NCBI GenBank assembly: GCA_035370405.1 | Contig: DAOOVT010000002.1 | Coordinates: 1 to 59,096, forward strand | DNA length: 59,096 bases | Direction of reading: 5' to 3' | From: Candidatus Dojkabacteria bacterium | Lineage (GTDB): Bacteria; Patescibacteriota; Dojkabacteria; SC72 | Part shown: positions 54,385 through 59,096 of the stretch, piece after piece | How the letters are laid out: every line of letters starts with the position of its first letter | How positions within the stretch are numbered: position 1 is the first letter of the stretch | The notes under the pieces: model-generated | Seen by the model: only the letters and a program-made list of their open reading frames with translations | Database searches by the model: none | Told to the model about the DNA's origin: nothing | Position numbers and translations under genes: made by a program

Positions 54385-55649
54385 TGGGAGTATTTATAGG
54401 GTCAATACCTAATTGTACAAAGGAAGATGTTGTGTTGGCAAAAAGAATTCTAAGAAGAAGAGGAGGGCGTCATGGATCTCTGTCTTCATTAGAAAAGTAT
54501 TTTGAAGAGATGTTTCCAAATAGGTATGTGTATCTTTTTAACAGAGGAAGAGATTCTCTTTATTTTTTTCTTAAAGTTTTGAATTTAAAGAGTGATGACG
54601 AAGTTGTACTTCAGGCATTTACTTGCGTTTCTGCTGTTGCTCCAGTTTTGTGGTCTAACTGTAATCCTGTATATACTGATATTTCAAAGAATAGTTTTAA
54701 TATGGATGTTAAAAAGTTGGAGAGAAGTATTACAGAGAAGTGTAGGGTTGTAATTGTACAGCATACATTTGGTCATATTGTTGATACTAAAAAGGTTAGG
54801 GATATGATTGACAGAATTAATAGGGGGAGAGAGTATGAGAATAGGGTATATATGATAGAGGATTGCGCTCATATATTTACTTTGAATTATCAGAGTTTTG
54901 ATATTGGGAAGTACAGTGATGCTGTTTTTTTTAGTTTTGCACAGGATAAATGTGTAAGTAGTACACAGGGTTCTCTTTTGGTTCTCAAGAGGTTGCCAGT
55001 GTTTACTAATTCTGTGGACCAATATTCTTTGCTAAAGTCACAGAGTAAATTGTCGGATCTATATAATGCATCATATATTGTTCTCTGGGATTTGATAAAA
55101 AAGGAGTATTTTAAGACTTTAATTCCTTTTACAAATGTGACATTAGGCAGAGTCTTAATTGTTTTGTTTAGGAATCTTGGAATTGTAAAGAAGCAAGCAG
55201 ATGATAGTTCGTTGAAATTTGATGATATACATAGGATGGGGAATGTGCAAGCTGAGCTTCTTTTGGAGCAAGTTAAGAGAGCTGAGATATTTAATGAGCA
55301 CAGAAAGAAGGTTTGTGAGGTTTATGATAATAATTTAAGGAGCGAGTTTGTCTTTTCTGCCAGGAGAAGTGATGAGGTACTTTTGAGGTATCCTATTCTT
55401 GTTAAGAATCCAAATGTGTTGAAGAGTATGTTGAAGGATATTAAGGTTATTACTGGAAGGTGGTATGCTTCTCCCATATATCCATTGAGTAAGAAATTTT
55501 ACAGAGATGTGAATTTGGTGTGTGATAGGTATCCGAATACTAAGTTTTGTTGTGGCTATGTTTTGAATTTGCCACTAAATATTGAAGTGGATTTTGGTAC
55601 TGCTGTGAAAATATGTAATATTATAAATAGATATGGTGAGCGTATATAA
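54381..55649 (+). CDS. DegT/DnrJ/EryC1/StrS family PLP-dependent aminotransferase-like protein
   Basis: Fold-type I pattern with a candidate PLP lysine in FSFAQDKCVSS and an N-terminal RGRDSLYFFLKVLNL...DEVVLQAFTC. Overlaps the mutL stop by 4 nt. Confidence 0.65.
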   Translation: MMGVFIGSIPNCTKEDVVLAKRILRRRGGRHGSLSSLEKYFEEMFPNRYVYLFNRGRDSLYFFLKVLNLKSDDEVVLQAFTCVSAVAPVLWSNCNPVYTDISKNSFNMDVKKLERSITEKCRVVIVQHTFGHIVDTKKVRDMIDRINRGREYENRVYMIEDCAHIFTLNYQSFDIGKYSDAVFFSFAQDKCVSSTQGSLLVLKRLPVFTNSVDQYSLLKSQSKLSDLYNASYIVLWDLIKKEYFKTLIPFTNVTLGRVLIVLFRNLGIVKKQADDSSLKFDDIHRMGNVQAELLLEQVKRAEIFNEHRKKVCEVYDNNLRSEFVFSARRSDEVLLRYPILVKNPNVLKSMLKDIKVITGRWYASPIYPLSKKFYRDVNLVCDRYPNTKFCCGYVLNLPLNIEVDFGTAVKICNIINRYGERI

Positions 55650-55667
55650 TTTTTGATATATCATGTA

Positions 55668-56726
55668 ATGAGGCTTACTTTTAATGATGTTGTAGATGAT
55701 GAGAGCTGGGATAATTATGTGTTAAGGCTTCCAGAGTATTCGTTTCTAAATAGTAGTGCTCGGTATGAGTTTAATAAGGCTTTGAATAGCGAATCATTTA
55801 GGTATACTATTTTTGATGGTGAGAAGTATTGTGGAATAGTTACTGGTAGTATTGGGAATTCAAGACTTTTTGGTAAGTTTGTTGAGTGTAAGCATTCACC
55901 TCTTTTTTTTGAGTATAAGGGGAAGTATATGAGTGATGTTAAGGAGTTTTGTAAGAACATTGCTATCAGGAATAATTGTTTTATGGTTAGGTTTTCTCCT
56001 TTAGTACAGGAGAATTCTCTACTCGATGAGTTTTACAAGGCTAATGGTTTTGTGAAAGCTCCTATTCATAATGTTGATGCATTAGTTTCTCAGCATGTTG
56101 ATTTAACAAAGAGCATGGAGGAGTTGAAGCATGATATGAGTAGTAGTAGAAAGAATAGGTTGAATAAGCTATTAAGAGATAATAGTGTTGAAGTTAAAAT
56201 TTTTAATGATAGAAGTGTTTTTGATATTTTTAGGGATTTTCATTCTGAGACTGTGAAATTGAAGGGTTATGTGGATAAGCCAATTGATTTGCTTATGAAA
56301 GAGTTGGATATACAGGTTGAGCATGGTATGTGCTATATGATTGTTGGATATTCGGAAGATATTCCAGTTTCAATTTGGCAGTGTACTGTATATGGAAAGA
56401 ATATGCATTTGTATCAAGCGTGTTCTGATACTAAGTATCGAGAGAAAAATATGTTGATGACTACATTACTTTACTGGAAGGCAGTAGAACTTGGAAAGAA
56501 GTTAGGTTGCGAAGTATTTGATATGTTTGGTGGAGTTGTTCCAGAAGGGTGTGAGAATAAAAATCATCCATGGAAAGGAGTAGGCGATTTTAAGGAAAGT
56601 TTAGGAGGAAAGAAGGTTACATATATGCATAGTAGGGATCTTCCAATATCCAAAATGAAATACTCCATATATTACCCATATTCATCTATTAGAACGAAAG
56701 CAAAAGGATATACAACTCGTTGGTAA
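55668..56726 (+). CDS. FemAB family peptidoglycan interpeptide-bridge aminoacyltransferase
   Basis: Size and pattern match FemX/FemAB proteins: twin GNAT-like halves and a C-terminal FKESLGGKKVTY. The ATG is at 55668; the track start at 55653 is a TTG. Confidence 0.7.
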   Translation: MRLTFNDVVDDESWDNYVLRLPEYSFLNSSARYEFNKALNSESFRYTIFDGEKYCGIVTGSIGNSRLFGKFVECKHSPLFFEYKGKYMSDVKEFCKNIAIRNNCFMVRFSPLVQENSLLDEFYKANGFVKAPIHNVDALVSQHVDLTKSMEELKHDMSSSRKNRLNKLLRDNSVEVKIFNDRSVFDIFRDFHSETVKLKGYVDKPIDLLMKELDIQVEHGMCYMIVGYSEDIPVSIWQCTVYGKNMHLYQACSDTKYREKNMLMTTLLYWKAVELGKKLGCEVFDMFGGVVPEGCENKNHPWKGVGDFKESLGGKKVTYMHSRDLPISKMKYSIYYPYSSIRTKAKGYTTRW

Positions 56727-56739
56727 CTAAGTTACCAAC
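56719..56739. terminator. Perfect 9-bp hairpin spanning both stop codons of convergent genes
   Basis: GTTGGTAAC-TAA-GTTACCAAC. It contains the femAB-like TAA (56724-56726) and the complement of the DUF2207 TAA (56732-34). No flanking T-run, so terminator function is uncertain. Confidence 0.3.
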
Positions 56740-58456
56740 TACCACCACCTCCACCTCCTGTACCACCTCCACTGCTTCCTGAGCTGAAACCACTTCCCCA
56801 TGATCCAGCACTTGAACGGCTATAGCCCACATTCCCAGCATTAAGGCTTTTATTCATATTAGAAACAGAATTGACTAACATGTATGCATTAAAATGATCA
56901 AAATCGCCTTGATACCAATCGGGCTGTTCATAGATATCCTCAAATTCCTTTATCCATTTCTTTTCTAAACCAAATATGATGGCATAGGGTAGAAGTTTCT
57001 CAAAAACCCCAGAGTATTTTTTAGGATTATTGTGAAATTCTATTCTTTTCTTTTCAGCAGTATTAATGTACATTTTTAGTCCTAAAAGTTCATAGTACAG
57101 CTTATTTCCTTTGCTTGTCCTAATGTCTAATTTTGAAGATGAAATCATGAGGATTATTCCAGAAATCAATAAGCCAATGACTAAACCAATATTCGCATTC
57201 TCATTAACACTTGATAGTACAAGCATAGAAAGTGTAATAGCTACTATACCAATGATATTTAGCATATTTTTTAAATTAATCTTTTTCTTGTTGATATATT
57301 CCTCCTCATAGGCCTCAGTTGATAACAATGAATTTATTCTTTTCATAGTCTTTCCAAACGAAACACTAATTGACCTAAGAGGGATTTCTTCTTTTCCACC
57401 AAAGAGTCCACTATACAGTGCTAATCGTACAGCTTCTAGATCAGATGAATCCTTATCTGTTTTTACAAGTTTGTATTTGTTCTTTTTTTCTTGGACTATT
57501 TTAATATACCCATCAAGAGCAAGCTGAATTATCTCTGCCGATATGTCCTTATTCTTTATTGATTTGAATAGTATTTTAGCTCCAAATAATGGATAGATAC
57601 CTTTTGGAGGATTGTATGTAGGAACTATTGTTAATTTCTTGTTCTTGTTATTTTTCTTAATCATCAGAAAGACAATTATACCAATGGGTATTGGAAGAAG
57701 AATACCAATATTGGATATGATAAATTCCTTCCTTTGCTGAGCTGTTGTATCAGCTAGAGTTCCTTTTGGCATCGCTATCGCTACAGTAAGGCCTTCCTTT
57801 GGGCCCAAATTTTGTGCTCCAACGACTATGGCATAGGTAGAATCTGCTGATTTATTCTCAATCGTACAATTAGATTCGGATGAACCACTCAACCCAGTGT
57901 AGCATACACTTTTTGTTATACTTCCCGGAACTTTTATATATGCAGAGACATTATCTATTGGTATACCCCAATTATTGCCAGTAATATTAAGATACAATTC
58001 ATCATGATCATCAAAATAGTTTGTTGTATTTTTTAATCTATATCCTATCTCAAAAACATAATCACCAATTAGTAGTTCGTTAGGATCTCCTATTTTGAAT
58101 CTCACATATCCATTAGAAGAGCTTTTTTCATATACCTCTCCAACTACAGTTGGATTATTGATGTCATAGTATTTAAGATATTCTAATTCAAGCTGTGTTG
58201 GTCTCTTAAAACCACCTAAAACTTTGTATGAGACAGGAATATCCCTATATATTCCATGCCTTTCAACTGGGAAATGGTATGTTATCTTCTCTGAAATAAC
58301 AATATCGGTCCCTTGTTCTAGTTCAACAGTAGATTCAAAATTTGAAATTCTCTCATAATCAGTCTGTGCCTCAACCTTCAAAAAAGGAACAAAAAGATAC
58401 GATACCAAAAGCACAACTACAGGTAATACATTTAATTTTCTCATTTTTGTTTCCAT
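56732..58456 (-). CDS. DUF2207 domain-containing membrane protein
   Basis: Signal peptide, an N-terminal beta domain (ITYHFPVERHGIYRDIP), central TM helices and a Gly-rich C-terminus (GSSGGGTGGGGGGSW). Lies directly after lemA with a 1-nt overlap. Confidence 0.8.
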   Translation of the reverse strand: METKMRKLNVLPVVVLLVSYLFVPFLKVEAQTDYERISNFESTVELEQGTDIVISEKITYHFPVERHGIYRDIPVSYKVLGGFKRPTQLELEYLKYYDINNPTVVGEVYEKSSSNGYVRFKIGDPNELLIGDYVFEIGYRLKNTTNYFDDHDELYLNITGNNWGIPIDNVSAYIKVPGSITKSVCYTGLSGSSESNCTIENKSADSTYAIVVGAQNLGPKEGLTVAIAMPKGTLADTTAQQRKEFIISNIGILLPIPIGIIVFLMIKKNNKNKKLTIVPTYNPPKGIYPLFGAKILFKSIKNKDISAEIIQLALDGYIKIVQEKKNKYKLVKTDKDSSDLEAVRLALYSGLFGGKEEIPLRSISVSFGKTMKRINSLLSTEAYEEEYINKKKINLKNMLNIIGIVAITLSMLVLSSVNENANIGLVIGLLISGIILMISSSKLDIRTSKGNKLYYELLGLKMYINTAEKKRIEFHNNPKKYSGVFEKLLPYAIIFGLEKKWIKEFEDIYEQPDWYQGDFDHFNAYMLVNSVSNMNKSLNAGNVGYSRSSAGSWGSGFSSGSSGGGTGGGGGGSW

Positions 58457-59007
58457 TAGAATTTTACTTCTACATTCTTTTTCTCTTCTTCGGAGGCTTC
58501 GAAAAATGGAACTTTTTTGAAATTCAATATTCCTGCAATAATATTATTTGGAAAAACGACAATCATCTCATTAAAGTCTCTAGCTGCACCATTGTAATAT
58601 CTTCTAGCTTTTTGTATATCATTTTCTAAATTTTCAAGGGATTGATGCAGTTGTACAAAATTTTCATTTGCTTTTAATTCAGGGTAATTCTCAGCAACAG
58701 CAAACAACTTTGATATGCTATTTTTAAGCTCTGTATCATATTTCATCTTTTCCTCCAACGAATCAGTAGACATAGCTTTTGTTCTTATATTCGTTACATC
58801 TGTAAAGATATCTTTTTCATGCTTAGCATACCCTTTTACCATTTCTACTAAATTGGGAATCATATCATACCTCTGCTTCAGAATCGTCTCTATGTCAGAG
58901 GAGGCTTCTTCCACAGTAACTTTTTGTTTGGCAAGCTTATTGTATAGAGTGATAAACAAAATAATCAAAAGAACAACTAAACCGAGAATCCAATATAGAA
59001 ATTCCAT
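58456..59007 (-). CDS. lemA: LemA family protein
   Basis: N-terminal TM helix and the LemA pattern (YNKLAKQKVTVEEASSDIETILKQRYDMIPNLV...AENYPELKANENF...ARRYYNGAARDFN). Confidence 0.9.
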   Translation of the reverse strand: MEFLYWILGLVVLLIILFITLYNKLAKQKVTVEEASSDIETILKQRYDMIPNLVEMVKGYAKHEKDIFTDVTNIRTKAMSTDSLEEKMKYDTELKNSISKLFAVAENYPELKANENFVQLHQSLENLENDIQKARRYYNGAARDFNEMIVVFPNNIIAGILNFKKVPFFEASEEEKKNVEVKF

Positions 59008-59096
59008 TTTGATATAATAATGTTAACTTATACAATTATATTATACACAACTTCCAGAGTATCACAAGTATATGCAATGGATATGAGATACTATCG

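Noticed and set aside
1-59096. Alternative genetic code (UGA recoding, as in some candidate phyla).
   Set aside because: TGA terminates several well-defined genes at the expected length, for example the GT4 gene at 10434-10436 and ftsQ at 15123-15125. RF2, which reads UGA, is intact. The standard bacterial code fits.
1-59096. Mobile elements, prophage, integrase genes next to the many tRNA genes, and CRISPR-Cas.
   Set aside because: I recognised no transposase, integrase, recombinase, capsid, terminase or cas motifs in any ORF. Apart from the paired 9-mers at 35526-35834, I saw no direct repeats flanking tRNA genes.

Overview
This is a 59.1-kb, low-GC, very gene-dense bacterial chromosomal window. 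It uses the standard code: TAA, TAG and TGA all terminate good ORFs, and an intact RF2 is present. About 60 protein genes and 11 tRNA genes fill it. Intergenic gaps are mostly under 100 bp and many genes overlap by 1-20 nt. Most of the content is core housekeeping.

Cell division and envelope:
- an FtsE-FtsX-M23 (EnvC-like) module
- an ftsQ-ftsA-ftsZ-ftsW block
- UppP, a PAP2 phosphatase and DedA
- signal peptidase I and FemAB
- two glycosyltransferases and a DegT aminotransferase
- a LemA-DUF2207 pair

Translation:
- HPF and RF2
- ribosomal proteins L21, L27 and L19
- GatA plus GatB-GatC
- RNA methyltransferases

DNA maintenance and metabolism:
- DnaE, UvrB, UvrC, MutL, ParA/ParB, RNase HII and a HelD-like SF1 helicase
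- two divergent copies of cofactor-independent phosphoglycerate mutase

The compact layout, Gram-positive-type wall genes, transamidation route and many small membrane-anchored orphan proteins suggest a reduced-genome, possibly Patescibacteria/CPR-like organism. That is inference only, since the window has no rRNA marker. I saw no rRNA, CRISPR array, transposase, integrase or phage gene.

Features most worth a second look:
1. A 454-bp non-coding gap between the helD-like gene and dedA carries three paired GGTnnAACC 9-mers with fixed 2-nt spacing. It could be an operator array, a structured RNA or a small element.
2. A helD-like / 359-aa orphan / RNHCP gene string.
3. A six-gene surface operon (39.4-44.1 kb) whose recognisable members appear to have lost catalytic residues: a transglutaminase-like protein with Cys to Ala, and a cupin-PGI-like protein without its metal-binding His residues.
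4. A Fic-fold protein with a degenerate active-site motif.
5. An FtsE with a ~110-aa C-terminal extension resembling an alpha-CTD/helix-hairpin-helix domain.
6. An rplS reading frame whose stop codon lies inside a tRNA-Gly gene.

All functional calls come from motif recognition by eye. No database search was run.
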